Notes: generated by a model not told the origin, from the letters alone. Shown: positions 36,759 through 50,765, counted from the stretch's first letter. The stretch is 64,000 nt of DNA from Lingula anatina (GCA_051362555.1 CM120644.1:9246954-9310953), one strand, 5' to 3'. Made by a program: numbers and translations.

Positions 36759-38792
36759 ATGAAAATGGTCCCCGGAGGTATCTTTCTTTTCTGTACAAGT
36801 TTGCTTGTCGCTGCACCCTCAATATGCCAAGGAGCATGTTCCATCAATCGTTACTGCTCAGACTGTACCAATTTTACTGAGGAAGGACAGACAAAATGGA
36901 GATTCTACTGCCACCCTTACAGTACATACTATATAAGTTCTTCGCACTTTACGGCTACCAATGATACAGTTGAATTATTTCAAGTCAAATCTTTTCCATC
37001 GGGGTCTACGCCTACCATTTACAGTGGCGCTTTCCGAAATATCCCTAATACCGTACGTGTAGACATTTGGAACACGGGAGGCACCAATCTTTCTATAGAA
37101 TCATTGGCTTTCTATTATGGTGTTCCAAAAAGCCTGCGTAGTTTGCTGTTTCGGAGCTTCTACCTCACCGCAGTCCCCTCAGACATAATGTATCTAACGG
37201 CTTTACAAGAGTTGGACCTTGGAGGCAATAGAATAACTGGTGACCCATATAACTATCTTAGTTCTCTGACATCACTCCAGTCATTGTGGCTTGACAACAA
37301 CCGCCTATTGAGTAGTATCCCAACATCCTTAGAGCATCTACCTAATTTCCGGAAATTGTCACTCGCAAGCTGCTACCTAAACCAGAGTTCTGTTACGTCA
37401 TTCGCCAAGCTTCCCAGGTCGTTAGTGTGGCTGGACCTTTATAATAATTACCGCCTTTATGAAGTACCTTCGGGAATTGGCTTGCTTCGAAATTTAACCT
37501 ATCTAAACATGAGATACTGTCGTCTGAATTCCCTGCCGATCAATGTCTTCGCCAATTTGAACGAGTTGGAGATCCTAGATCTTAGTCAAAACCCCAGTAT
37601 TACTTCATATCTTGATAATCTTGTCAATCAAAAGTCGTTGAAAATTCTTAGACTTTCCTACATGGAATCTTCTTTAACAGACATACCTAATGCAATATCT
37701 GGCATGGGAAAGATGGAAGAACTTGACTTAAACAATAACAGAATACGAGGAGTAAATCAAATCCATTTTGCTAAAATGGTACAGTTAAGGAAGCTCAACC
37801 TGGCCAACAATAAAATATCTTCTCTTGATCCGCTGTCATTCCACTATTGTGACCAGCTGGAAGAACTGGACCTTAGAAATAACCTGATACGGGAAGTCAG
37901 CCCAATCCATTTTGTGGCACAGGTACTGTTGAGAAAGATCAATCTGAGTTACAATAGGATCCACTCCCTGGGTCCACGGTTGTTTCAAAATTGCAAAAAC
38001 TTGAAGTATGTTGACTTTTCGAACAACCTTATCACCATAATGGATCAAAATGTATTTATCGGTCCGTCACAATCCCTGAGGTATGTCGACCTGCGCAATA
38101 ATAAATGTGACACATTTCACAAGTGTATAGTTGCAAAACTACAGCATTTTGAAACATTCTACTTCTCCACCGAATTTTTTAATTGCGATTGCCGTCTAGC
38201 CTGGATCCGACAGCTTTCTTACCAATTCGGTTCCAGGATATCTGTCAGTGGGACCTGTTATCAACCAAGAGAGCTATACGGTCAGGGACTGTCTTCATAT
38301 CCACTAGATGGTTGCACACTTGAAGACGAAAGTTTTGAAAGTTGCAACATTGTAACGACAACTACACCGGATACAAAGACGAAACCCACCAGTAAACCTT
38401 TGAATCGTTCGTTCGTCAATTCGGCCCAAATATCCAGTCTCCAAAAGGACCTCAGCAACGTTCAAACTATCACAACTATGTCGGTATCTGTCGCCGTTGT
38501 TGCCATCGTGGCATTCGTTGCTACTCTTGTCGTATTGCTGACATGCTTCTTCAAGCAACGAAACCGAGTGCCCTTAAAGGGGAGGGACCAGGGTCACGCC
38601 AATCAAAGTTTCCAGTTATCGGAAGGGGTCAAGAGTGAAAGGTTACCTGAAGGTCAAAGTTCTGGAGGTAGTCTGAATCAGAACACGGCTGGGACGGCCA
38701 GCAGTGCCCCCAGTGGCGCCTATGAACCTCTCAGAAAGGATGGGCGGGGTTTGAAACAACATGGAGGTCAATACGCCATTATTAATAAGTAA
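36759..38792 (+). CDS. G3: type I membrane LRR receptor, long form (677 aa; the paralog-equivalent ATG is at 36765)
   Basis: Closely similar to G2. Acceptor AG at 36754-36755. The first tail Tyr is replaced (SLNQNT); YEPL and QYAI are retained. Confidence 0.93.
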   Translation: MKMVPGGIFLFCTSLLVAAPSICQGACSINRYCSDCTNFTEEGQTKWRFYCHPYSTYYISSSHFTATNDTVELFQVKSFPSGSTPTIYSGAFRNIPNTVRVDIWNTGGTNLSIESLAFYYGVPKSLRSLLFRSFYLTAVPSDIMYLTALQELDLGGNRITGDPYNYLSSLTSLQSLWLDNNRLLSSIPTSLEHLPNFRKLSLASCYLNQSSVTSFAKLPRSLVWLDLYNNYRLYEVPSGIGLLRNLTYLNMRYCRLNSLPINVFANLNELEILDLSQNPSITSYLDNLVNQKSLKILRLSYMESSLTDIPNAISGMGKMEELDLNNNRIRGVNQIHFAKMVQLRKLNLANNKISSLDPLSFHYCDQLEELDLRNNLIREVSPIHFVAQVLLRKINLSYNRIHSLGPRLFQNCKNLKYVDFSNNLITIMDQNVFIGPSQSLRYVDLRNNKCDTFHKCIVAKLQHFETFYFSTEFFNCDCRLAWIRQLSYQFGSRISVSGTCYQPRELYGQGLSSYPLDGCTLEDESFESCNIVTTTTPDTKTKPTSKPLNRSFVNSAQISSLQKDLSNVQTITTMSVSVAVVAIVAFVATLVVLLTCFFKQRNRVPLKGRDQGHANQSFQLSEGVKSERLPEGQSSGGSLNQNTAGTASSAPSGAYEPLRKDGRGLKQHGGQYAIINK

Positions 38793-40418
38793 AACGTAAC
38801 TTTTTGATCTTGTGCCTATATCTATGTCTGTGTAATCAATTTTTCCAGTTCAATTTGTTTTGAAGTTTAGTCAGCAAAAGCTATCCAGTACATCTTTTTA
38901 ATGTTTTCGTTAATTGATTACATTTTGATTGAATCAGATCATGTAGTGATGTGTTTGTAAGGGTTTTGTGCTAAAGTTCATATAGGGTCAGCCCTCTTAA
39001 TATCGACTGTATGTCATCAGATTATTGCTGCAGGTACCAATGCTCACTAGTATTTTTTACGTAGAACAAGTACGTGCCCACTGCATGCGTACTTATCCCC
39101 CAATTGCTGTGGAGCTTACGCTCTTGATAAAGGACAAATAATATCCCAATAGAATGCCAGTGCCTTCCTTCTAACACCCCTCTTTATATTTAATGGACAA
39201 AAATTTAATTTGCTACGTCAACATCAAAGAGTTAAACTGTTTCTATCTTCTGTTGAAATCTGTCACATAGTGTATGTGACTCTAACTACCTATAAGTATT
39301 AATCTTGGACATAATAAGAGATTATTATGTCCAAGTATTAATCAAAGGATCAGCTGCACTTCCGTACCTTGAAATAATGTCATAGGTGAAGCCAGGTGTG
39401 TCGATGCTGTTCGAAATATTGTCACTGTGACATAGTGAAAAACGAATGCAGCTCTTATAGTTACAAGAATATATACAAAAATGTATTTTTGCCATACATT
39501 TCATAGGAGATGAATTAACGCTGAAGAGAGCCGACATTTTAAGCCCTGCTTAGTGTATTTCACTTTTGTGAATGAAAAATTTGTGAATGTAAGCGAAAAA
39601 TGTTGTCATGGTTTGGGACTGAGGCCTTACATGTTGTGGATGCAGGGGAACGGACCTATTTGAAAACCTCTACATGCTTGCTGCCCTTTTTGGACGTTTT
39701 GTTTGTAATCCATAAAGGTCAATTTTCTTTATGTTCATGTGTACCTTTGAGGCATCATTAGACGTGAAAAGGAGTATAAAGTGTATATTATGACTTTAAT
39801 CCTAGAAATGAAATCATGTCGAATACACGAAAAAGGCCTTGATCTTTTAATTATAATTTTCTGAAAAGTTTCCATTGATCTAATGAAATATAAATATTTA
39901 CACTCTGTGTTGCGTACTTGGATCTACCAACTATGTAGGTATTGAACTTAAAAAAAAATATCAAAAACCGTAATACCTAAATTGTCGCTATTAAAATAAA
40001 AAATGATTACAGAATCTTAATACGCGTCGCATACGCGACTTTATTTTGGACGTGACAGACCAAATGTTGTGTCTTTTGATAAACATTTATCCACCAGTGG
40101 ACCTTGGTTGCTTGTAGTTATTTATGTATGAGTGATATTTTACTGGACTCAATATACATGTATAGTGCACATCCACGTTTACAGTACATGCATGCACCAA
40201 TTGGGTTAATTTTCAGACGCCCTCTTATATTCTGCACATATTCCAAATATTAACCCATATTGCCAGTTACTTTAGTACACCTTTAGACTTGTGTTATCTT
40301 AACAAAAACGGCTGCATAAAATTGTTTGTCTTGACATTTAAAATCAAGATCAACAGAGCAACCCAGCGATGTGCGGCATGTGTACAATGGAGCGTGTTAT
40401 TCAATAAACGTACCGTAA

Positions 40419-40720
40419 AGGGATAATAACTCTTCGTATGAGATCTATATTCCACAATAAAAACAATGTGAACAACTCGTAGAAATATAATATATTCTGT
40501 TTTACCACAAAAACAGCAGTTGCAGATGTTATTCTGATATCTGAGCTTGTCTTCAGACCACGTGACCTCCATTGATGGCTATACTCTATTATAATCTCTT
40601 AAGAGATTCTAATAAAAAACCAAACTGTTTAGAAAAACAGGGACTAACTTTGAATGTAAAAATAGATTCATTAACCATTGGTAAGTATGGAACATTTGTT
40701 GTTTACTCCAGGAAAATTCT
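40419..40720. mobile_element. Truncated second copy of the 3740-4076 MITE
   Basis: Collinear similarity from agggataataactcttcgtatgagatc to actccaggaaaattc, followed by poly-T. The right TIR is missing. Confidence 0.75.
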
Positions 40721-40724
40721 TTTT

Positions 40725-40764
<40 letters not shown>

Positions 40765-40938
40765 CATTTTTATTATCCCTTTTAGCCTCGGTCACAATCG
40801 GACGCACGAATTTGAAAACCGTACATCCCCTATGGAATTTTGGTGCAGTAGAGGCCGTGGAGTTCGTAGAGGTAGAGGAAAAGTTTCAGTGGAAGTCTGC
40901 CTTGCGATTTGCAGGGGCTACATGAGATGTATTTTTAA

Positions 40939-41972
40939 CCCTCAAGAGACCAAGCTATTTTACTGACTGAAATGACCAAGTGGGGTCATCTATGACCCCA
41001 TTGTGCTCTGTACAGGGATCCTTATTATAAAAGGCTGTTGAGGCTTTATCACACCCATACTACTCCCAGGATTCAAGACAAGTATTTTATAATGATCTAA
41101 TGTAATAAGTATATGGTAATAATACTTTTATTGCATGAAATAACCAAGCACAGATTTTAAGAACAACATTACACCGGTATTTAGACAGTCATTGTCAGTT
41201 TCCATTTGCAGAAATATTTCTCTTTTTATTTGCCACACTAAATGAAAAAAGTACATTACAAAATTACTTTGAGTAAAAATATTTTGATTTATGTTGAGAT
41301 AGCATCCTGCTACCTTCAATAAGAATAATTAGCTGACTTGCTGAGTAGGGAATACACTAATGCTGGTAAGGAAGTCATACTACTCAGAACACATTCAATC
41401 AACCTACATGTATGTTACTACCACAGCTGTGTATAAAACAAAATCCACACAAACAATTTGTTAATATATGTATAATATGACATCGACAGAATTATTTAGA
41501 TTTCTGAAATACCCGAAAATTGTAACCGTCAAAATGAGAGACCCAGTTATGAGAACAAGTTCCAACAAAGCTACTGAAATTAGAATCAGCGATGTACTAT
41601 TAGTAACACTTCAAGCACAATCTTCTCAAACCACTTATTTGTGCCTATGTCTTAGGCACACTGGCTGGTTGCATGAAGCACATGCATGTGACATTTTCCT
41701 GTCAGTGTTGCTTGGGCAAAACATTTGAATAAAATTTAAAAACTAATATGTAAAAACCAATGCTTCTCTTTGGGGTCATAAATGACCCCACAAGAGTTTT
41801 TGATGTATACGCCACACTAATTGGTTGATCCCTACAAAAAACTGTAAAAGTGTGTAGGATTAGTAGACTGACAAACTCATGCAAGGAAAGAAAATTCGAA
41901 TAAAAAATAAAGAGATGGCACATTAAATCATATGGCTGGGGTCGTAAATGACCCCACTCGGTCACTTGAGGG
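40939..41972. mobile_element. Non-autonomous piggyBac-like element (~1.03 kb)
   Basis: TTAA-CCCTCAAGAGACCAAG ... CTCGGTCACTTGAGGG-TTAA. Subterminal palindromes GGGGTC..ATGACCCCA at ~40982, ~41772 and ~41938. Confidence 0.85.
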
Positions 41973-43249
41973 TTAAACAGGGGCGCTAATTGAAAGATTC
42001 GATGGCCGTGGAAATTGTACTCATTTTATGCATTTGTTTTGCTACCCGCGCACGTGGAACGCACTCATTACTTACGAAAAGAATGCAACGCACGGCGAAA
42101 GTAGTTCCATTTTGCTTCACACTGTAGTGACACGCTTGTGATGCCGTGCTGACGGCTTACGTCAGTATATATTGTCTCCTGTTCTCCCCAGCTTTCTTCT
42201 TCCTTTGTTTTCTGTTCTCTAAGCTTCTTTCTCTTGGCTTTTGGAGGCATATTAAAAGCTGAATTGAGCAAATTCTGATTTTTTAAAAATTTGTTTAAAT
42301 TGTACAAGTCGCACAATCGACGTTCATTGTTGAGACACGAACGTGCGTAGTTAGCACGCCTTTTATTACTCCAGACGTGTAGGTGACGCACGTTCTTTAG
42401 CTGTGAGGGCGTGCACCGTACTCAACACACAAAGGGCACTTGCTGCTTCATTGCTTGCGATGTGCGTCTTGGACCACGCACGTATCACTTGCGAACTTCT
42501 TGCTAAGGGAGCAAGTTACGCTTGCGGCTTTGCTGTTCGCAGACTATTCGTAGAATCTTTTGGACATGTCCAATATCTTCCATGTGTGCTTATGGGCTGT
42601 CTGCGAACTCCAAGTTTCGCGTGGCACGTGAGATTCTGCGCAAAATTTGGATGCAAACAGGCCAGCATGTCTACAAAGATATCTATCCCCAAAGCTTCTG
42701 AATGAATATCAAGCATTTTTATACATCAACATATTTGCAATACTGCCTTTTTAATTACGTGTTATTTTCGTACGTTTCCAGCGTTTAAAATCTATTAAAT
42801 GATTTTAATTAAAATATACGTTCTACTGTTGTGTGCAGAATACGTTCACATCTGGAGCCAATAATACCTGCATAGTGATAAATTAACACAAACTGTTTGT
42901 GAATTTTAATTAAATTAAAATGCTTTATCCATGGTTACAAAGAAGTATAGATATTCATGGCGCTGGGCAAATAAATTTTATTTCTGGATGCACTGTAGTC
43001 AGTTTTTATAGAATAAAAATAAAAATAAAAATAATGAAAAACAAGGCGGAAGGAGAAAAGGGGCGTCCCCTTTCGTCTCGATACCCTATCACCAAGCGCT
43101 TTCCAGGCAGACTGGTATGAATATTAGTAAACGCTTGACCTGACTACTGTATATTGATTTAGCAACCTTTCTTACTATTTTGAAAAGAACGGCATGTTTA
43201 GCTAAAGAAATTCTCTAACTTTACTCTAACAATACAAAAGTGAGTCGTC

Positions 43250-43349
43250 TGAATAGAAAAGCTACGAAACTTCTTCCGAAATTCACATTTTGTGCGACAT
43301 TACTTCCTGGTTTAACTCAAAACTGGAGGCCAAAACTTATCAGGTAAGT
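43250..43349 (+). promoter_or_regulatory. Class B promoter and first exon of G4; donor CAG|GTAAGT at 43344
   Basis: Conserved tgaatagaaaagc...cattttgtgcgacattac...tatcag|gtaagtcta upstream of G4-G6. Perfect donor consensus. Confidence 0.6.
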
Positions 43350-44935
43350 CTATATTAACTTTTATCAGCTAAATTGTTAAAATTCAAAGAGGTTCGTATC
43401 CAGAAGATATCAGGAAAGTCGCAAAAATAAGAAACGCACATCCGTTAAGGTTATAAAGCACCGTATAACCCATGCTGCAGGGGAAGGAAAACAGTTGATT
43501 AAAAGGCACAGTTTATTCTTTGACTAATCTGGAGCGGTCCCCTCCCTCTCAAATAAATATGGGACAACAGGCGAAATGAGACAAAACACAAAATTGACCA
43601 TGATTCTGGTGATTTACTCATTATTGTTAAATTCATCTCATCAACTAGCTGTGACATATTTTCTAAATCTTGTTCCCTTCCGCCCCCCCCCCCCCCCCCC
43701 GGAATTGCCCCCTTTAGCAAAATCCTGGGCCCATCTATTCCTGGATATAAATGTAAAGTGAGTAGTACGTGATAAGCCTTAAAGATGTAACCTGTGCTTA
43801 CTTCATTAACACATCTTGCAAACAAATTAACATCTGAAAATGAAAAACACAGGTTATGACAGACCTTAGTGTAAATTTTATGAGAATGTAATTTTGTTTT
43901 TGGTAAAATAATGATTTCAACAATTGCACACTTATATAACGCAGCGGCTGATGAATGTGCGATGCAGCCAGCATCAAGGTGAAATAATCCTTAAAATATA
44001 ACGTAAACAGCTGTGTTAGCCCTGAAATGTAAATAAAAAACAGCCTCGCTCTATATACGCGTTAACAATGGTTCTACTGTTCAATTCAGTAGTACAAAAT
44101 AAGTGGGATTTTTATACAAAAGGTAGTTGGTTAAACACAAAAACTAGAGACATACGTCTATATTAAAGGTGAGGGGGGATACGTATATTGCATGGGAAGG
44201 AAACCAGTCGCTTAAAAAATCACAGTTGATTATACATGAGCACCAACTCTCACTCCAAATTATACATAAAGTCAACGGGTGCAATATTTTATCATTAGAA
44301 CATCCTTTATGGGTTTGGTGTACAATTCAAAAGAGAAACCAAACCTTTAACCACAAGAAAACGAGCAACAGACTGTACATCATGATTATGGGGGTAGGGG
44401 AAATTTTGATGCGTAGGTGACCACCCTGAAACCCTGGTACGTATTGTTTTATACAAAAAGAAATAATCAATAATTTTTTCTATGTATCAAACATACCATT
44501 CAGATGAAGTATATTCAGTACGTGGCGTAAATACGGATATGCCCTAAACGATTTTGAGGAAATTGGAAATATTCTTCATGATTTTAGCTGCTATAGTTAA
44601 ACTGGTTTTATTTGGATATTTTGGGATTAAAATATAAAGGAATATATTTTTGTAGGCGTTTGGTACATTAAGAGGGACGACAAATACCACGGAAAACATG
44701 CAAAAAAGGCTAAAAACAGTGATTTTCGGATATGATAGTCTTTATAGGGTATGTACAGGGAGGTTAGGCGTGGTAAAAATTCTTTAAAAAATACTCCTTT
44801 GTCTTTTAGACCCATTACACAATTTCAGGGGTAGAACAAAAAAGGTTGTATTATCACTTCCACCCCCAATCCCCATCATAAGTCCAAGTAGTACATTTTT
44901 ACGTATAGCGTTATATCAGAAAAGAATTTTTCTAT

Positions 44936-45111
44936 CAGGCCCGTAGCCAGGGGGGGTTGGGAGATTCTAAAGAGCCCCCCAACCTTTTTTTTTTTTCCTT
45001 TTTACCCTCTAGGTAAATTTTTATCTTGGTACGCAAGGTTTTCATGTTAAAAAGTCTTTTTTTTTAGAAAAAGACCCCTCCACCCTTGTGAAATTACTGC
45101 CTACGGACCTG
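44936..45111. mobile_element. Short MITE (~176 bp) in the G4 intron
   Basis: Imperfect TIR CAGGCCCGTAG / CTACGGACCTG. Absent at the homologous position (~61175) of the G6 intron. Confidence 0.7.
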
Positions 45112-45676
45112 TCAATGGTGGAAATAAGTCAGGTACTTAGGTATTCACCTGAGTAATAATATTAATATAGAACCATAATTACTGACAGAAGACCACGGAG
45201 CATGGGGATTTAACTGATGTGCATGCCAAGTCACCAAGCTAACTGAAAGGCGAACATATTTACCAGTTTTAAGCGGGCTTTAGTATAAGTTACATAAAAA
45301 TTACCACTTCCTCAGGAATCTTAAATAAACAAGATCTAGATCTCTTGAGGCGGCGGTGCTATACGGAAAAAAATCACTACATTTCATCTGTGATATATGC
45401 TTAATTTAATCATTTTCGGCGTAACGGAAAAATGCAGTACTTGGACTTCGGATGAGGGAGGAGGGGAGTGATAATACCGACTTTTTGTTATATCCACTTG
45501 AAATTATGTAATGAGTCTAAAAACACATAGCATTTTTTTAAATATTTTGCCATGCCTTGTTTCTACGTTTAGAGTGTGGCGTTCAATTAGAAATCGGTAT
45601 TATTTTAAGATTATTGGGTGTATGACATTAATTTTTTGTGCATAATTGCATGCTAAAACAAGTCCAAAACTGCCAT

Positions 45677-45725
<49 letters not shown>

Positions 45726-45809
45726 AAACAGCGAGCCGTTGTTCACATCTTTCTCTGACTGCATAATGATATTTGTTGGTATTTCAATTTTTCACTTCAG
45801 CGTAACAAA

Positions 45810-47696
45810 ATGGTTCCACGAGGCCTACTACTTCTCTGTGCAAGTCTGCTGGTCGAGGTACCCTCACTATCCCAAGGAGCCTGTTCCATCAATCCTTACT
45901 GCTCCGACTGTACCAATTATGCTGAGGAAGGACAGACAAAATGGAGATTCTACTGCAACCCTTACAATAGTTCTTATATAGATTCTTCACATTTTACGGC
46001 TACCAGCGATACGGTTGATTTCTTTCAAGTCAAATATTTTTCATCGAGTTCTACACTTGCCATCAACAGTGGCGCTTTCCGAAATGTCCCCAATATTGTG
46101 CGTGCAGACATTAGGAACACAAGAAGCACCAATCCTTCTATAAATCAATTTGCTTTCTTCTACGGTGTACAGAACAACCTGCGAACTTTGTTGTTTCGGA
46201 GGTCCTACCTTACCGCCGTCCCCTTAGCCTTGACATATCTAACGGCTCTACAGGAGCTGGACCTGGGATACAACAGAATTACTGGTGACCCATCAAACTA
46301 CCTTAGTTACCTGACATCACTCCGGTCGTTGCGGCTTGACAACAACCATTTACTGAGTAGAATCCCAGCATCCTTGCAGCACCTTAGTAATCTAAGAAAA
46401 TTGTCTCTCGCAAGCTGCGACCTCGATCAGAGTTCAGGGATGTCATTTGGCAATCTGCCCACATCTTTAGATTGGCTGGACGTTTATGATAATAAACTGT
46501 ATGAAGTGCCTTTGGGTATTGGCTCGCTTCAAAATTTGACCTATCTCAACATGAGATACTGTAATCTGAACTCTCTGTCGGTCAACGTCTTCGCCAATCT
46601 AACGAAGCTGGAGGCCCTAGATCTTAGTCAAAACCCCAGTATTGCTTCATATCTTGATGTTCTTGTCAATCAAAAGTCGTTGAAGGTTCTTAAACTATAC
46701 AACATGGGTTATTCATTAACAGACATACCTAATGCAATATCAGGAATGGAAAAGCTGGTAGAACTTGACTTAAGCAGAAATAGAATACAAGGAATAAATC
46801 ACGGTCAATTTGCGAAACTGATACAGTTAAGAAAACTCAACCTGTACAACAATAAAATAGCTTCTCTTGACCCGCTGTCGTTCCAGAATTGTGACCATCT
46901 GGATGAACTGAACCTAAACAATAATCTTATACATGAAGTGAGCCCGGTCTTTTTTGTTCCTCACTCCCTAAAGAAACTTTACCTGATCGGAAATAAATTT
47001 GACACGTTTGACAAGTGCACTGTTCCAAACTTACTGGCACATCTTCAGAACTCTTACATTTACATTTCAAGCGATCTTTTCATTTGCGATTGTCGTTTAG
47101 CCTGGGTTCGAAAACTGTCGGCGGCTTTTGGTTCCATGGTAAGTTTTAGTGGATCGTGTTATCTCCCAAGGGAGCTTTACCCTCAGTCAGTGACTTCATT
47201 TACTCTGAATGATTGCATTTCGGAAGACGAAAGTTTTGAAAGCTGCAACAATATCTCAACAACTCCACCGAATACAACGTCGGAACACCCGCCCGGGACT
47301 TTGAACGGCTCATTCGTCATTTCAGCCCAACTATCCAGTCTCAAAAAAGACGTTCAAAGCCTTCAAGCTATCACAAATGTTGCAGTATCTGTCGCTGTTG
47401 TCGCCCTCCTGGCACTCGTCGCTACTATCGCCGTGTTGCTGATATGTTTTTTCAGGCAACGAAACCAAGTGCCCTTAAAGTGGAGGGGCCAGGTTCACGT
47501 CAATCAAGGTCTCCAGCTATCGGAAGGTGTGCAGAGCGAAAGGTCACCTGAAGGTAGAAGTTCTGAAGATACTGTGTACCAGAACACGACCGAGACGGCC
47601 AGCAGAGGCCCGAGTGCCGACTACGAACCTTTTGAGCAACACAGGCGGGGTTGGAAACAACAAGGAGGCCATTACACCTCCCCTGTAGTTGATTAG
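45810..47696 (+). CDS. G4: type I membrane LRR receptor, short form (628 aa)
   Basis: Signal peptide, LRRs, LRRCT, TM helix and tail with YQNT, YEPF and HYTS. Acceptor ttcacttcAG at 45799-45800. Confidence 0.93.
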   Translation: MVPRGLLLLCASLLVEVPSLSQGACSINPYCSDCTNYAEEGQTKWRFYCNPYNSSYIDSSHFTATSDTVDFFQVKYFSSSSTLAINSGAFRNVPNIVRADIRNTRSTNPSINQFAFFYGVQNNLRTLLFRRSYLTAVPLALTYLTALQELDLGYNRITGDPSNYLSYLTSLRSLRLDNNHLLSRIPASLQHLSNLRKLSLASCDLDQSSGMSFGNLPTSLDWLDVYDNKLYEVPLGIGSLQNLTYLNMRYCNLNSLSVNVFANLTKLEALDLSQNPSIASYLDVLVNQKSLKVLKLYNMGYSLTDIPNAISGMEKLVELDLSRNRIQGINHGQFAKLIQLRKLNLYNNKIASLDPLSFQNCDHLDELNLNNNLIHEVSPVFFVPHSLKKLYLIGNKFDTFDKCTVPNLLAHLQNSYIYISSDLFICDCRLAWVRKLSAAFGSMVSFSGSCYLPRELYPQSVTSFTLNDCISEDESFESCNNISTTPPNTTSEHPPGTLNGSFVISAQLSSLKKDVQSLQAITNVAVSVAVVALLALVATIAVLLICFFRQRNQVPLKWRGQVHVNQGLQLSEGVQSERSPEGRSSEDTVYQNTTETASRGPSADYEPFEQHRRGWKQQGGHYTSPVVD

Positions 47697-50674
47697 TAAT
47701 GTGTACAATAATCCAACTTGTCACTATTTCATATCCGTATTTAAATATGTACAATGTGATTTGTTTTTTTATATGTACGAGTCACCGAAAAGTTACCGCT
47801 ACTTCACTTTTTGTTTTCTTTGTTTTATTATATTTTGTTTTAATGAGATCATGTAACACTGTGTACATAAGGCTTTATTAGATGCGTAAGAACATTTAAG
47901 AACAACTTCCCTTATATTAACTGTATATCAATATTATGAGATCATGGATGCGGTAATGCTCACGAGTATTTTAATGCAGACCCTGCACTTGCCCACTGCA
48001 TGTGCATTAATGCTGTGTAGCACACACTCCTGATAAAGGACATATAATATTCAATAGAACGACATAGCTTTCCTTGTAATATCCCATTTTATATTTACTG
48101 GAGAAAATTTGATTTGTGACGGAAACATCAAAGACTTAAACTGCGTCTTTTTTCTGCTGAAATCTTTTACACAGCGTATGTATTTCTAATTTTAAAAATC
48201 TATTATTCAAGGAATAACCTTCACCTCCGTACCTTGTAATAATGTATAATAGTTGTAAGTACAGACATCAGTAAACTCAGATATGTCCATGTTATTGGAA
48301 GTATTGTCATTGTGACCTAGTAAAACACGATTGCATCTTTTATAAATACAAAATAATCCACATATATAAGCAAGGATGTACTTGCCAGCACTTCACCAGA
48401 TGTGAAAAAAGGGACGAGGATGAGAGCCTACAGTTTAACATTCTGCTAGTGCCTTTCACAATTTTACTTTGAAATTGCATTGTTTTTTTAGGAATTGGAC
48501 ACCAACCTTGGTAAAAGTATTTTGTTGTTTTTTGTACACAAAAAATACCTCATTGTGAATATAAACGGGAAATGTAGTTATAGTTTGGGACTTAGAACCA
48601 AATGTTTTAAATGCAGTGGAAAGACCAATTATGATTACTTCGACGTACTATAAGTCTTTTCTGGTTAATTTCGATGTGTAATCCAAAAATTACTTTGTGT
48701 TCATGTGTACCTTTCGGACATAAATAGACGTGAAAAGGTGTATATACTGTATATTGTTATTATTATAAGCATAGAAATAAAATCAGGGCGAATAGCTGAC
48801 AAAGGCCCGTTCTTTTTATTCCAATTTTTTGAAAATTTTGCAAGATAACTCAGTGAAATCTAAATCTTTATATTTTGTGTTGCTTATTGCATCACTATCT
48901 GGAAGTACCAGCTCTGTAAATAATGTGGGTAGTAAACTTAAAACATTTGTCGAAAACAATACTACCGAAAATGTCGTTTTTACCAGAAAAAAAGGGGAGG
49001 GGACACTGTATATGCAACATTATTATAGATGTAGTAGACTACCTTTTCTATAACTTATCTCTGGATATGCACTCATCTACCATTGGATCTTGTTCGTGTA
49101 GTAAAGTGTGAGTGGTCCTATATTTAACTCATTATACAGTGCATTCCGCGTTTACAGTACCTATCGGTATGGTTTTCAGAGCCCCCCCCCCCCTACATTT
49201 TAGACATATTTCAAGTATAACCAATATTTCCACTTGTGCTTTCAAACCTACTGTTACATATAAATGCTCATCTTAAGGATATTATAACCCTTTATTTTCG
49301 CCCAAATACCGAAAATAAAGTTTTTCCTGCATCTAATTGCTCAATTATGCATTTATCTTTGTGTGGATTTAAAACAATAAAAAAACTCGAAAATATAAAA
49401 CTTCGGCGTTCATTTTTCTCTTTGCAATGTATGAGTATAGGCAACTCTAGGCTTTAATCGTCAATTTAACACCTTTCTCTTTTTGGGCTGAGATAACAAT
49501 CAGTATGGGGCTTAACTTCATGAATGAACACAATTTAATCACGAAAATTGGCAGAGCTAACCACGAGTGTATAGGCTACAATTACTTGCTTCATTTTGGT
49601 TTAAATGTTCTTATTTGAGTTATGAGCCCCTAATTACACATTTTCATAAAACAAAGGTATTATTTGGCTTTAACAACGGTGAAATCTGAACTATGAATTT
49701 TAAGAAAAATCGCTGGCAGTGTTTTGGAGTACGAAATAGTGTTATTAAGTCGGCGTGAAAACGGTGATCGTTGGTGCTCAGGTAATCTTTTACCTGAAAG
49801 AATGTTAGTAAGGGAGTGAATAAGGAGTTTGGGGCGAAGGGTGACAATATCTTTAACATTTTCCACCAAGATCAATAGAGCTACTGGGCGGTGACAAGCA
49901 CAGGGTACTGCTGGAACGTGCTATTCAATATATGTAACTTTTGTCAGCTCTTGATAAACCATATCCGTTTGTCTTTGTTCTTCTAAGATTGTCTTTTACA
50001 GTTCACTGGTTCTAGTATACTAGTATATTTGATTTTTTTTTAATTTGGCGATAGAGTTCATTTACGTAAAGCCGTGAGATACCAAAATCTTCTATTGCGC
50101 ATCCCAGTTTCCTTTTTTTCAGATCTCTGAACTAAAAGGGGCTACATATACATTGAAAAATCCATTTTACACATCCATATATTTGCAATTCATATTTTTT
50201 TCATTTTCGCACATTTCTCATGTGTATAACTCCATTGGTGATAAATACAGGTTCCACTGTTGTGTGCAGAGCACGTTCACATCTTGGACTCGTAAGACGT
50301 GCATTCAGATAAATCAACACAAACTGTTAATGCTGTATTGTTATATACAAGGTTACAACGATTAAAAGTATCGACAAACATACAGCTGGTGCTGGGTAAG
50401 TAAATTTTATTTTGGGCGACAGTGCAATCAGTTTTTATTTTAAAAATGTAAGGCGCGAGAAGGAAGGTGGTGTTCCCCTATGTCTCAATATCTAAGCATC
50501 ATTCACATTCCATGCAGACTAATAGGAATGCTTTTGAAGGCTTGGCCTCACTGCTGTATAATGATTTAGCAACCTTTTTTATTTTGAAAAGAACGACATG
50601 TTTTAGTAAAGTAATTCCTACCTTTACAGGACAAAAGTTTCTTTGTGACAGAATCTCTACTTAAGGGATTCGCC

Positions 50675-50765
50675 TGAATAGAAAAGCAAATAACCCCTGC
50701 TAAAATTCGCATTTTGTGCGACATTACGCATTGCCAAAACTGCAGACCAAACCTATCAGGTAAGT
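50675..50765 (+). promoter_or_regulatory. Class B promoter and first exon of G5; donor at 50760
   Basis: Same conserved block and CAG|GTAAGT. Confidence 0.55.
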
